Shown here piece by piece: positions 1 to 27,362 of a stretch of 64,000 bases of DNA. The position numbers and the translations under genes were made by a program. The DNA comes from the human T2T-CHM13v2.0 reference genome, Homo sapiens: NCBI RefSeq assembly GCF_009914755.1, contig NC_060943.1; one strand, given 5' to 3'. Numbering within the stretch: the stretch's first letter is position 1; the number at the start of each line of letters is the position of its first letter. The notes below the pieces were generated by a model. That model saw only the letters and a program-made list of their open reading frames with translations. It had not been told where the DNA came from and searched no databases.

Positions 1-119
1 CCTGAACCTGAAAGGAGGAGGTTGCAGTAAGTGGAGACGGTGCCACTGCATTCCAGCCTGGGTGACAGAGCAACCCCTATCTCAAAAACAAAAAAATTTT
101 TAAGGAATGATGTTAAATG

Positions 120-1200
120 ACAGAAGATGAGAAAGACAGCAGAGTAAGTCTCTCCAGCCATTATCTCCCAGCAGAAACATCCATTTGAGCAACTATCCAC
201 ACACAAAATTACTTTCACAAGAGCCAAAAAAAAAAAAAAAACTCGAACACACGAGTGAAGCTGGGAAGCGCCCTTGGACCACAAAGACAAGCAAAACCAC
301 GGTTGGAAGGTAAAGGGATCAGTTCTCTGTGCTTGCAACATGCCTCCCCTCAAGCCATTATGGCACCACACGTGGAAACTCCCCATGGACCCATGATTTT
401 TACACTGGAAAAACTGAGCTAGGGGTGGACATACAGATTCCCCATCATTCCGGGCCCCTCCACAAAAGACTCACTCCTGTATTGGCCCATAGAGAACACT
501 GCAAGTACCTAAGGCCAGTTAAAGACAAAAAGAAGGGGTGGGGTTGGGCAGCCACTGCAAGGAATTTGGCAGTGGCTCTCCATCCCTGCCAGAGGAGATG
601 CTGCACCAAAGACACTGTTTACAGAAACCATGCTACAGGAAGCATGGTCCACAGATCCTCTGGCCTTGAGGGCCTGGCTGGTTCTCCACAGGGCCCAGGT
701 GCCCTCTGTGGCTCTCCCACCTGCCCCATCCAGGTCCGACATTTCATCAGCAGTGAAGCTAGTGCCAGACTCGCCTCTAACCTGGGCTTAGGGTACCCCC
801 TAGTGTTGAAATGGAAGACAACAGTCAGTCCACTCACAATTTCTAAATAAGCCCACTGAAATAGAATGGTCACAAACAAACTCAGGCTGTAAAGACCGTA
901 ATAAACACCTAATTCACCAATGCATAGATAGAGACGCAGATCTAGGAATAAGAATAGCCTAGGAACGTGCCTCGTCAAATAGACAGAACAAAATGCCAAT
1001 GAATTATCCTAAAAACATGCAAATGAATGGTCTGGCAGGCAAAGAATTCAAAACGGCTGTTTTAAGAAAACTCAGAGAACTTAAAGAAAACATAGAGAAA
1101 CAATTCAGACGTTTGTCAGAGAAATGTAACAGCGAAAGTAAAATAATAAGAAACAAACAGAAACCTTGAAGCTGAGAAGTACAATATGAAATGAAAAATG
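120..1200 (+). mobile_element. Old L1 5'UTR/ORF1 fragment
   Basis: ORF1-like segment AAAGAATTCAAAACGGCTGTTTTAAGAAAACTC...GAAAACATAGAGAAACAATTC (KEFKTAVLRKL) at ~1040-1110; upstream boundary approximate. Confidence 0.6.
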
Positions 1201-1201
1201 T

Positions 1202-1537
<336 letters not shown>

Positions 1538-1757
1538 TCAGGAGAATGAAGTGAGAGGATCACTTGAGTCCAGGAGTTTGAGACCAACCTGCTCAATATA
1601 GTGAGACCCCCGTCTCTGAAAAAATAAAAAATGTACTGTGTTCATGGACTGGAAGAATTAATATTGTTAAAATGTCCATACTAACCATGATGAACTACAA
1701 ATTCAACTCAGTCTCTAGCAATATTTCAATGGCATTCTTCACAGAAGTAGAAATATA

Positions 1758-2056
1758 GGCCATTCGCAGTGGCTCGCGCCTGTAATTTCAGCACTTTGGG
1801 AGGCCACAGTGGGTGGATCACTTGAGGCCAGGAGTTAAACTACACTGACCAACCTGGCCAATCCCATCTGTACTAAAATACAAAAATTAGCCAGGCACGG
1901 TGGTGCATGCCTGTAACCCCAGCTACTCAAGAGGGTGAGGCAAGAGAATTGCTTGAACATGGGAGGCCGAGTTTGTAGTGAGCCAAGATGGCGCCACTGT
2001 ACTCCACCCTGGGCAACACAGCAAGACTCTGTCTCAAAAAAAAGAAAAAAGAAAAA
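1758..2056 (+). mobile_element. Alu
   Basis: Alu dimer with A-rich tail. Confidence 0.85.
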
Positions 2057-2345
2057 TGCTCCCAATACTCTGGGAGGCCGAAGCAGGTGGATTACCTGAT
2101 GTCAGGAGTTCGAGACCAGCCTGGCCAACATGGTGAAACCCCATTTCTACTAAAAACACAAAAATGTGCTGGGTGTGGTGGTGTGCACCTATAATCCCAG
2201 CTACCTAGGAGGCTGAGGCTGGAGAAATTTTTTATTTCCTTATTAATTTCTTCATTTACCCATTGGTGGCTCAGTAGTATGTTGTTTAATTTCCATGTGC
2301 TGGTGTGTTTTCTGGGATTCCTCTCATTATTAATTTCTAGTTTTA

Positions 2346-2670
<325 letters not shown>

Positions 2671-3126
2671 GAAAAGATACTTAATAAGATTCCTACTTTT
2701 TTGAATTTATTGAGACTTGGTTTGTGGCCTAAGATATAGTCTACTCTGGAGAATGTTCCATGTGCTGATGGAAAGAATATCTATTCTGCAGCAGTTGGGT
2801 GAAATGTTCTGTAAATATCAGGCCTGTTTGGTCTAAAATGTAGTTTAACTCCAATGTTTCTTTGTTGATTTTCTGTCTGGGTGATCTGTCCATTATTGAC
2901 AGTGGGGTGTTGAAGTCCCCAGCTATTATTGTATTGCAGTCTATCTCTCCCTTTAGATCTATTAATGTTTGTTTTATACACTTTGGTGCTCCAGTGTTGA
3001 GTACATAAATATTTATAATTTTTATATCTTCTCACTACATTGACCCCTTTAGCGTTATATAGTGACCTTCTTTCTCTCTTTTGATAGTCTTTGGCTTGTA
3101 GTCTATTTTATCTGATATAAGTACAG

Positions 3127-3815
3127 TTTCTTATGATCTAGCAATCCCACTACTGGGCATTTATCCAAAGGAAAGGAAATTATACTGAAGAGACATCTAC
3201 ACCTTCATGTTTATTGCAGCACTATTCACAATAGCTAAGATAAAAAATCAACCTAGGTTTCCAACAACAGATAAATGGATAAAGAAAATGTGGTATATAC
3301 ATAAACCATGGAATACATTCAGCCTTAAAAAAAAAGAATAAAATCCTGTCTTTTGGAGCAACATGGTGGAACTGGAGGACATTAAGTAAAATAAGCCATG
3401 AACAGAAGGTAAAACCCCACATGTTCTCATTCATACGTAGAAGCTTTAAAAAAAGTTGATCTCATAGAAGTAAAAAGTAGAACAGAGAATACTAGAGGAT
3501 GGGAAGGGAGGAATGGAAAGCAATTTGTTAAAGGATACAGAATTATAGCTGGATAAGAGGAATAAGTTCTAGTGCTCTATACCACCGTAGGATGACTATA
3601 TTTAACAATAATATATTGTATAGTTTCAAGTGGCTAGGAGGATGTTGAACATTCCCAACACAAAGAAATGATAAATGCTTGAGATGATAGGTATGCTGAT
3701 TGCCCTGATCCAATCACTATAAATTGTGTGTATCAAAGCATCACTATGTACCCCATGACTATGTACAATTGTTATTTGTCAATTAAAAATAAAATACAAT
3801 GTTTAAAAAATAAAA
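3127..3815 (+). mobile_element. L1 3' end (L1MA-like) inserted into the antisense L1
   Basis: ORF2 end and 3'UTR text TATGATCTAGCAATCCCACTACTGGG...ATGTTTATTGCAGCACTATTCACAATAG, A-rich tail; probable TSD ATAAGTACAG (3117) / ATAAGTATTG (3816). Confidence 0.8.
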
Positions 3816-3972
3816 ATAAGTATTGCTACTCCTACACTTTTTTGGTTTCCACTTGTGTGGAATTTTTTTTCCATCCCTTCACTTTCAGTCTACGTGTGTC
3901 TTTATAGGTGAAGTGGGCTTGTTGTAGGCAGTATGTAGTTGGGTCTTGTTTCTTTATCCCTTTAGCCACCCC

Positions 3973-4268
<296 letters not shown>

Positions 4269-5071
4269 CATTCTGTGTCTTTTAAATGGAGAATTGCATC
4301 CATTAACATTCACATGATTATTAATCAGTACTGCAGTTTTGTTGCTTGTTTTCTGGTTGTTTTGCAACTCCCTCTTCTTTTTCTTTCTTTCCTATTGTCT
4401 TCCTTTGTAGTTAAGTGATTTTCTCTGGTAGTATGTTTTAAGTCATTTATCTTTAAGTGAATATATTATAGGTTTTGGCATTATGATTACCTTGAGCTTT
4501 ACAAAAAACATCTTATGGATTATAACAAATTAACTTAAGGAGATGACAACTTATCTTAGATCATAAAGAACAGAAATGAAGAAAGCAGGAAAAAATACTC
4601 TAGACTTTAACTCCCTTCCCCCACCCCCTACATTTTGACTTTATGTTGTCTCAATTTACATATTTTTATATCGCCTATCTCTTAACAGTTTGCTGTAGCT
4701 ATTATGTTCTTGATATTTTTGTCTTTTGGGCTTCATACTAGAGTTATTAGTGGATTTTACACCACAGTGATAGTTTAGAGTACATATTCATGTACTTAAT
4801 TTTATCAGTGATTTTTACACCTTTAAGTGTTTTCTTTTTACATGTTAGTGTTTTTTCTTTCCAATTGAAGAACCGCTTTAGCATTTCTTGTAAGATGAGT
4901 CTGCTGGTGGTGAATTTTCTCAGCTGTTGTTTGTCTGGAAGAAACTTTCTCTCTCCTTCGTATTTGTAGGGTGGCTTTGCTGGATACAGTGTTCTTGGAG
5001 AGCAGGGGTTTCTACCTTCAGCACTTTGAATATGCCATCCCACCCCTACCTGGCCTGTATGATTTCCACTA

Positions 5072-5423
<352 letters not shown>

Positions 5424-5677
5424 TTATTTGCTTATTTTCTCCTGCTGCTTTTAGGATTCTCTCTTCGTCCTTGACCTTTGCAAGTTTATTATATGCCGTA
5501 GGATAGTCATATTTGGGTCAAATCTGTTTGGTGTTCTCTGACCTTGTTGTACCTAAATACTTATCTTTTTCTAGTTTTGAAAGTTTTCTGTTTTATTTCT
5601 TTGAATAAGCTTTCTACCTCTTGCTCTTCCCCAACTCCCTCTTAAACATTAATAATTTTTAGATTTGGTTTGGAGCA

Positions 5678-8621
<2,944 letters not shown>

Positions 8622-9095
8622 CTAGCCCAGAAGAGAGAAAAAAAATAGCCCAAAAGTTTTTGGTTCTAGTTTCGGTTTTGTGTTTTTGAGACAGGGTCTC
8701 ACTCTGTTGTCCAGGCTGGAGTGCAGTGGTACGATCACGTCTCACTATAGCCTTGACTTCGTGCAGCCCAGAAGTTTTATCAGTGATTTCTACAGAATTT
8801 TCATGATGGATCATCTCAATCTTATACAAACTCTTCCATAGGGAAGAAAAGGAAGGAGTATTTCCCCAACTCATTCTATTAGGTTAGTATAAACTTGATA
8901 TTGAAACCAGAACCAAAAAAAGAGTACAAAAGAGGAAATTATCAGGCCAATCACATTCATGAACAGAGATGCATAAAAACCTAAACAAGGCATTAGGAAA
9001 TCAAATCAACAGCATATTTAAAAATGAAACACTATGACTAGGTTTTGTTTGTTCCAGGAAAAGCAAAAAGGTGATTTAACATTATAAATCTATAA

Positions 9096-10770
<1,675 letters not shown>

Positions 10771-10949
10771 AAATATATAAGTGGAAGGGGGCATGAGGGA
10801 GCTTCTAGGGTGCTAGGAAGGTTTTGTTTCCTTATCTAGCTACTATTTACATGGGTGTGTTCAATTTTTGAAAAGGCATCAAATAATACATTTATAATCT
10901 ATGCACTTTTCTATATATAAGTAATGTATCAATTTTTTAAGTATTTTAA

Positions 10950-14830
<3,881 letters not shown>

Positions 14831-15586
14831 AGCAAATATGTCCTGTCCCTGGTATCAGGATTAAGCCATCCATTTGTGACACCTAGGACACCATTTCCTT
14901 TGACTTGTTAATTCCCTTTGAAGGTCATTGATGTCCTCAACCACCTTGGCTAGTGGGATGAAGACAATCTGTGGAAGTATGTCTTGGCCCACCCAGGCCT
15001 CAGCTCAGCCTTCTAAAACTAATAGCCCAGCTGGTCAGATGTTAGGAAGAGGTGGGCGAAGCCCACTGATAAAACTCATCTACTAAAACCTCCCTCTATG
15101 ACCTAAAGCCTCTTGTCGTAGGCTCGCTGGTCTCCACCTAGCCCTGTTCCACTTGCTGTGACTATTCTGGCTTCCCAACCACCCCTTCCAGAACCTAGAT
15201 TGGTCATGGAGGTCACAGAGGTCCATGGTAACCGAAACCTCGTGTCAGTCCCACTTCTGAGGCCAGGTGCAGGCACGTGTGCTTCAGACCCCACTTGCTC
15301 AAGCTACTAACAAAGGTCAGCTCCGTGGCCTTGAGGAGTTAAGCCTGTGTCCTCGCCTGTAAAATGCAAATACAGAAGTGATGACATCTATTTAATAAGG
15401 TTGTAGTAAGGATGAACGAGGTAATGCACAGAAAATGCCTAACCCACAGTAAAGGTACCCTACGTCACTGCCTCTAAACCTCACAAGATAGTGGGAGAGA
15501 ATTAAACTGAGCTCCCACACATAAATGGCCTGACACAGCGACTCTCCATTCCCTACTTCCCACCCCTAAACACACAAACTCTGTCT

Positions 15587-15606
15587 CACACACACACACA
15601 CACACA
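15587..15606. repeat. (CA)10 microsatellite
   Basis: Direct reading. Confidence 0.9.
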
Positions 15607-15784
15607 CTCATTCACTCAACTTAAAAAGGCATGAAGTTGCAGGGTGAGTGTATCTGCTGCCCCCTTATGGCCAGAGAAAAGAATCACACTGTTCTCCTTT
15701 CCTAGGAACCCAGAACCAAAACTCCGGGTGAAAAACAACCACCCCAGCCCTGCTCTTTCCTCTCTCCCCTATTTGCCAACTTAC

Positions 15785-15817
<33 letters not shown>

Positions 15818-16580
15818 AACTACTGAGCAGATAAAATAATCTCAAGTCTCCAAATCTCTCAATGAAATTGCCTCAGCAGGGACAGAAATCTGCAGGGGAG
15901 GTAAGGGAGATGCTACTTTGAGCAGGTTTCACCTCCTAGAGCTAGTTTCTTCTTTGCAAAATAGAGACAAAAGCTGCCTCACTGAGGTCTTGTGAGGATT
16001 AAATGATATCCTGTATGTAAAACACTAGCACAGATACTAGCACAGTGTCTGGCACACATAGTAGATACTCAGTAAGTAATCCCAGATAATAATCACCCTG
16101 GTGGTCAAACACAGTCGCTCCCATGTAAAATCCCAGCTACTGGGGAAGCTGAGGCAGGAGGATCACTTGAGGCCAAAGATTCGGGACCAGACCGGGCAAC
16201 ATAGTGAGACAGACCCCCACGTCAAAAAAAGGAAAAAAAAAAAAAAGAATTGGCCTGAGGAGGCTCTTCTCTAACTCATAAGACCCTTCCTTTTAAAGAG
16301 GAGGAAACTGAGGCCCATAAAAAGGGAGAGATTTGGCCAGGGTCTCGGAAATCAGACCCTGATTAGTAGCTGAACCCAGGCTGGAGCTCAAGCCTCCAGA
16401 GGAAGGGGAAGGAGAAAAGGAATATTTCAGCTCCCCCAGTTGCTGGGCAGGACACTGTCACTTTGCCAGGCTCCTCTTCCTGGGTCCCCACCTCCCTGGA
16501 CATGCTTGGCCTTCCTCACACCTTCCTCACCCCTGCTCTCTCATGGACCACAGGACAATGCAGAAAGGGAACTCTGCTAT

Positions 16581-16586
16581 TTTATT
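16581..16586 (-). terminator. LYPD4: LYPD4 polyadenylation signal AATAAA
   Basis: TTTATT on + strand, ~46 nt downstream of the stop codon. Confidence 0.8.
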
Positions 16587-16631
16587 TGTTATGTGAAAGA
16601 GTCTGGGTGCTTGTCGGGTGCAGCTAGATGG

Positions 16632-16834
16632 TCAGTCCCTGAAGGCAAACAGGAGGCCTAAGACGACACCCCAAGCAGGATCTTGCCTGGAGGATGCTGC
16701 ACCAACAATCTGAGACTTCTCTAAGATGTTGAGGACCTCAGTCACTTTGATGCTCCCAATATGATGAAAATCTGCTAAAAGCTGGTTATGTTCACGAGCA
16801 CACCCCATGAGGAGGAAGGTGGTATTGAGAAACC
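16632..16834 (-). CDS. LYPD4: LY6/PLAUR domain-containing 4, last coding exon (C-terminal hydrophobic, GPI-type tail)
   Basis: ttacag|GG TTT CTC AAT...; encodes [17 protein letters not shown]...[13 protein letters not shown]. Join 18774-18708, 18513-18370, 17750-17424, 16834-16632 = 741 nt = 246 aa + stop. Confidence 0.95.
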
Positions 16835-16893
16835 CTGTAAGGAAGAGAGGGAGAAGTCAGGAACACTTTCAAGACTCAAGAGCCCTGCCTTCA

Positions 16894-17197
<304 letters not shown>

Positions 17198-17423
17198 GGC
17201 CCCTGCCTTCTCCCCAGAGGCCCCTCACAAACCAGAACACCTGCTCTCCCATGAGAGACTTAGGCACCAGGCACCTTCCCCTTCCTCCTTGGAATTCATG
17301 TGCCCTGTCCCTTGCAACCCCAATCCCATCTCTGGATCCCACCAGCCTCTCTGAGATGTGAAGGTGCTGGACAATGCCTGGCAGAGAGTAGGCATTTGAT
17401 AAACAATATTCCTCTCCTCTCAC

Positions 17424-17750
17424 CTGCCTGAAATTTTAAGGTGGAACTGTAACACGTAGAAGCAGCCAAGGGGCAAGAATTAGTGGTGACAAAATTTGGG
17501 AGGCAATCCTTCATGTGCTCGCCCACACAGGTCGGGCAGCTACAGGACGCAGATGTGATAGACTTAGGAGTGCTGGCCTTGAGTTTCACAAAAGGCTCCA
17601 AATTGGTGAGGTTGTTGCAGAGATAAGACCGGCAGACGCGACTGTAGGAGGCAATGGACACTCCGGGTGGGGAAACAAGGTAGGAGATTTGCGCAGGGTA
17701 AGACGAAGACGAGCTGCAGCCTTTAAAGCCCACAACTCCCCTTGCAGTCC
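17424..17750 (-). CDS. LYPD4: LYPD4 coding exon 3
   Basis: GTARGVVGFKGCSSSSSYPAQ...CRSYLCNNL...CPTCVG...CYSSTLKFQA; Ly6/uPAR cysteine pattern; AG/GT boundaries, 327 nt, phase 1. Confidence 0.95.
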
Positions 17751-18369
17751 CTGAGGAGCAGAGGATTGAGAGAGCTCAGATCAGTGTCACTGGCCTCACC
17801 CAGAGTCCTCCCTCCCCCCAGCTCTTTCTGCACCCACCCTGCCTGTCACAATCTGTGCCTCCCTCCCCAACCCCTGTGTCCACTCAGTGCAGCTGCACAG
17901 GGCTCAGATGCTGGGGTCTCCATCTGGATCTCCTCATTCTTCCACTGCAGGACCCCCCCCAGCCCCCACTCCTCTCTCCCTTGTGCCCTCCTCCAGGGAT
18001 CTGTCCACCTCCATTCTACCCACTTACCCAGCCCACAACACAACCAGTGGGGCCCTGCCCCTCTCCTGCCAGTGTCCTGACATTATCCAGATATAAATGA
18101 TGGCCAGGCACAGTGGCTTATGCCTGTAATCCGGACACTTTGGGAGGCCAAGGTGGGCAGATCGCTTGAGCTCAGGAGTTTGAGACCAGCCTGGGCAACA
18201 TAGTAAGAACTCCCCATCTCAAAAAAAATTAAAAAATATATATATACATATATATATATATGTATAGTAACTATGTGGAATTCTAATCTACAGTCCCTCG
18301 GTGCTGGGAGTGGAGCTGGGGGTCAGAAGAGCAAGCATAACGAAATTGATCAAACTTAGACTGCTTCAC

Positions 18370-18513
18370 CTGTCTCAATGAACACTAGCGTCTCCTCGCA
18401 GCCCTCTTGCAGCTTACACACCATGTTCCTCATCAGAAGCCACTTCCAGTTATGGAAAGCAACAGCTCTGAATCTTGAGGCTGTTGCTTCATAGCACAAA
18501 AGAGCTCCAGCCC
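18370..18513 (-). CDS. LYPD4: LYPD4 coding exon 2
   Basis: AGALLCYEATASRFRAVAFHNWKWLLMRNMVCKLQEGCEETLVFIET; tttttag|GG ... ACAG|gtgaag; 144 nt. Confidence 0.95.
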
Positions 18514-18707
18514 CTAAAAAGAGAATGCTCTCCCAGTCATTGGCCCCTCATATCATCTTCTGAGCCCGTGAACTGCCAACCAAGAGTTCAGCCCCCACAG
18601 GTCCTGTCCCCAGCGAAACCTAGATACCCAGCCCTCGTTCCACCAGTGACATGAATCCAGCCTCCCACCTTTCTGGGTCTTATAGCATCCAGCCCCACAG
18701 GACATAC

Positions 18708-18774
18708 GAGGCAGAGTGGAGATGGCCCCTAGAAGGCAGAACAGCTGCACAAGTCTCAAATGCTGGGGTCCCAT
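18708..18774 (-). CDS. LYPD4: LYPD4 coding exon 1 (signal peptide)
   Basis: MGPQHLRLVQLFCLLGAISTLP then C|gtatgt donor; likely upstream acceptor puts the exon start at 18894. Confidence 0.95.
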
Positions 18775-19158
18775 GGCCCTGTGTCTGGGTCCTGGGTGCT
18801 AGAGGTCAGTCTGGAATCAGTTTCAGTCTGGATCCCAAGCTCAGTTCCCATCAGTCCCCGAATTCTTTGTCCACCTGTCTCTGGGTCACTGTTTCTGGAG
18901 CAGAAAGTTGATTGCATCAGCTTCTAGGACATAGGCTCCCGCAGACCTTCTGGGTCACAGGTCTTCCCATCTCCACTGTCTGCCCTCCAGTCTAACCTGC
19001 ACCATCCACCATCTTAGCTTCTCAAAGCAGGACTCTCACTCTCCCACTTAGGTCCTCCCATTGGACAAGGTGCTGAGCAGAGAATCCTGGCTTACTGATA
19101 TGCAGGCTGTTCTCCAGCCAGAGGCAATGAGATCAGAGAAACAAATAGATGTTTCAAA

Positions 19159-19161
<3 letters not shown>

Positions 19162-19213
<52 letters not shown>
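19162..19213. repeat. (GT)26 microsatellite
   Basis: Perfect dinucleotide run. Confidence 0.95.
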
Positions 19214-19215
<2 letters not shown>

Positions 19216-19276
19216 GTTAACATATCACTAAATAACCCTTGGTTCAACATGGAAATTTAAAAGTATTTAGAACTGA

Positions 19277-19570
19277 GGTCAGGAGCAGTGGCTCACGCCT
19301 GTAATCCCATCACTTTGGGAGGCTAAGGCAGGTGGATCACCAGAGGTCAGGAGTCCAAGACCAGCCTGCCAAAATGGTAAAACCCCATCTCTACTAAAAA
19401 ATATAAATTAGCCAGGGGTGGTGGCACGAGCCTATAGTCCCAGCTACTCAGGAGGCTGAAGCATGAGAATCGCTTGAACCCAGGAGGCGGAGGTTGCAGT
19501 GAACCGAGATCGCGCCACTGCACTCCAGGCTGGGCAACAGAGACAGAGACTCCATTTCAAAAAAAAAAAA
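19277..19570 (+). mobile_element. Alu
   Basis: Flanked by TSD AAAAGTATTTAGAACTGA. Confidence 0.9.
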
Positions 19571-20059
19571 AGTATTTAGAACTGAATAATAATAAACATA
19601 TTACATAACACACACATTCACACACAGACATAGACACAGACAGACACACACATACACACACACACACACACATAAGTGCATGTAAAATCTGCTGTAAACT
19701 GAATAAGGTCTGAAGTCTAGGTAAGAGTACTGTACACCAGCCCAGGCATCACGACAAAATGCCATCTCTACAAAAAATACAAAAATTGGCCAGGCATGGT
19801 GGCATGCACCTGTGGTCCCAGCTACTTGGGAGGCTGAGGTGGGAGGACCACTTGAGCCCCGGGGATGGAGGTTGCAGTGAGCTATGACTGTACAAACAGT
19901 ATTGTACAAATGTCAATTTCCTGCTCATATACTATGGTTATATAAGATGCCCCTACAGGGAAACTGGAGGAAGGATCCAAGGGACTCTATGTACCACTTT
20001 TGCAACTTCCTGTGAGCCAACAATCATTTCAAAATTAAAGGGTTTTTAAAATATATACA

Positions 20060-22561
<2,502 letters not shown>

Positions 22562-24049
22562 AACAACAACACTACACACATCCTGGGAGAACACACACAC
22601 AAACCAAAAGATACATATTAACCACCTTAGAATGAGAATTGCCTATAAGAAGGTTAGGGAATGAAAGTGGGGAATTGGTGGAAAATAACAGTGTAGGAGG
22701 GGGTACAAAGATCACTGACCTTGGCCTCAGAGACCCAGGTTGGAATCTTTACCCCTTCATTTACTAGCTGTCCAATTTGTTGAACTCAGAGCCTACTACC
22801 TTCTTTATAAAATGAAGTATAATACATCTCATAGGGTCATTGTGAAGATCAATAAAATTATTACCATAAGTATTAGGCAAATGCTAAGCTCTTTATAATC
22901 GTTGGTTACCCTGTTCCTCTACCACTATCCCTCCCTCCCACACACACTTCCTCTCACTCTCTCTCCACTACCTAAAGGATCAAGTTCAACCTCTTTAGCT
23001 GGCCTTTAAGCCTCCCCCGACCACACCCCACCCCACCCCAGATAAGCGCCACCCAACCTTTCCAATTTTATCTAGGACAGCTCCCCTGCCCAGCAGTCCA
23101 GCTAGAGGTCACGTCGGCCACCCTTTTCTGCCTGCAATGCCTCAGACACACATGCTCTGTAACCCAGAAATCTGTGGCCAAGAAAGGTGCCAAGACCCGC
23201 AGAAAAGCTGGGACACAGGAAAGAGAAACGAAGGCTGACAACAGATCTCACGGGGGTGAGGGAGATTAGGCCAATCAGAGAAGACAGCACACGCCAGCCT
23301 CAGATGCAGAACAACTGGACCTGGACCTAACAAGCTGAGTACAAGTGGAGACGCAACCAGAAAAGATTGAAGTGAAATCCTCAAGCAAAAAAAAAAAAAA
23401 AAAAAAAAAAAGGATGGAGCAGTAGTCAGAGGGGATGCCACCCCTACAAAAGACAAACAAATTGATGGAATGGAACCTTGCAGGGAGAGAGAGGACCAGC
23501 AGAGAGAGGGAGGCGTAGGAAAATGAGGAGTGGGGCACAAAGGTGGGGCTCTCAGGGAGAAGAGGAGTCGATTTTAGAGGGGGAGAAGAAAAGGACACAG
23601 AGCTGGCTGTACAGAGAAAAGGGGCCAAGGCAGAGAAGATGGCGGGATGGTGTGAGACGGAGTTCACAGAAATACCCAGAGAAGGCGACGATTACACAGA
23701 GGAGCCCCCAGAGGGGCGAACTCTTGAGGAAGATGAACGCGGAGGGTGGAGCCAGCCAGAAATTCAGAAAAACTAGAGGCGTCCCCGGTAGCGAAGGAAG
23801 CCGGGAAGGGGCCAGGCTATCAGGGCATGAAGCACGGGAGAAAATGGGTCCGAAGAGGGAGAGCGTCCGAGAGAAAAGGAAAATCAGAGATTAGGAAAAT
23901 CACAACCGACACAAAGACAAGAAGAGACACAAGGAAAGGGGTGCAATCTGAGGAAGGAGGGCCCGGTAAGCAACCCGGTAATCACAGCGCTGGGAGAGAA
24001 CGCATAAAAGAAGGGTAGCTCAGGAGTTGTGGGGCACCGGAAGAGACAT

Positions 24050-24770
24050 AACAGAAAACGCAGGCCTCCACTCAGCAAAAACAAGCCACGCGCGAAGTCG
24101 AGGTACAAGGCAAGGGAAGGCCAGAAACGAGGCAACCCGTGCACAGACCGGGCTTGGTCAACGCCCCAGGGGCGGGGCCAGGCGGGCCGTTCCTGGGGGG
24201 CGGGGCCAGCCTCGGTCCAATAAGGGGTACTCGACGCCCCATTGGCCACCTGCCTCGAAAGGGGGAAGACAGTCTGGGCGGGCAGGACGTGCGGAGGGAG
24301 AGGCAGCGGTGGCGCGAGGCTCAACTCGAAGCGCTATTGGTGGGACTGATAGTCTTGTGCGCCAAGAAGCTGGCAGAAGGGAAGGGGCGGGACATCAGTT
24401 CAGGATCTCAAACCGCATTGGTCGTCTGCCTCGGCTGAGAGAGGCGATGCTTGAAGTTCATTGGTCTTTGTGAGACAGGGTAAGAAAAGCAGCGCGAGCT
24501 TGGCGGTTCCTCTGGCCACTTTCTCACAGTGTCTTTGGGCGTCTTCTTGACTGAATCTGACTCCATTGGAGGCTGTGGTAACCGTGAACTAGCTGCACGA
24601 ACACGGTCCCTCCTGCCTTTCCGTCCTCCTCCCTCTTAGCCGGACTCCCTAACCCAGGCATCCCCTCTCCTCCCCCTCGCGCCCCTCCCGCCCTCGCGCC
24701 CCCTCTCCCCTTCCCTGCCTCGCGGGCCCCTTGGCGCGTTCCCGGTTCCCCACTCGCTCCCTGGGGCACG
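24050..24770. promoter_or_regulatory. CpG-rich bidirectional promoter of LYPD4 (-) and DMRTC2 (+)
   Basis: CpG enrichment; GC boxes GGGGCGGG near 24168, 24197, 24384; CCAAT/ATTGG at 24217, 24241, 24336, 24417, 24460, 24565; lies between the head-to-head genes; candidate DMRTC2 exon-1 donors at 24480 and 24578. Confidence 0.75.
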
Positions 24771-25016
24771 GGAAGGGGGGAGGGGGACATGCATGAAATT
24801 AATTGTTGGTAGTGGCCACAGGAGCAGGAAGCGCTGGACACAGTGACTTCACATGTTTACACAAAAACCTGAATAAGGTGTGAGCGCAAGAGAGACATTA
24901 GTGCCCCAAGGAGAAGGTTTTTGGCCCAGATCAGGGCCTAGCACATGACAGGGGCTCAGTAACCATTTGTGGAATGAATGAAGGAGTGAAGGAAAATAAC
25001 TTGAAAGTGGGGCAGG

Positions 25017-27133
<2,117 letters not shown>

Positions 27134-27216
27134 GTGAGTATGAGGTCTGGGAGGGGAGGAGGATGAGCCTCCTCCAAAGGGTGGCTGACCTTTGACTTGC
27201 AACTCCCCACTTTTAG

Positions 27217-27362
27217 GGAGCGCCGCAGGGTCATGGCTGCCCAGGTGGCCTTGCGTAGGCAGCAGGAGGCGCAGCTAAAGAAGCACCTGATGAGGAGAGG
27301 GGAAGCCTCTCCCAAAGCTCCCAACCACTTCAGAAAGGGAACCACTCAGCCACAGGTCCCCT
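27217..27362 (+). CDS. DMRTC2: DMRTC2 coding exon 2 (DM domain helix)
   Basis: ERRRVMAAQVALRRQQE; ttttag|G ... T|gtgagt. Confidence 0.95.

Noticed and set aside
329-850. 173-aa ORF
   Set aside because: GTG start inside a probable L1 5'UTR remnant; no recognisable homology or splice structure
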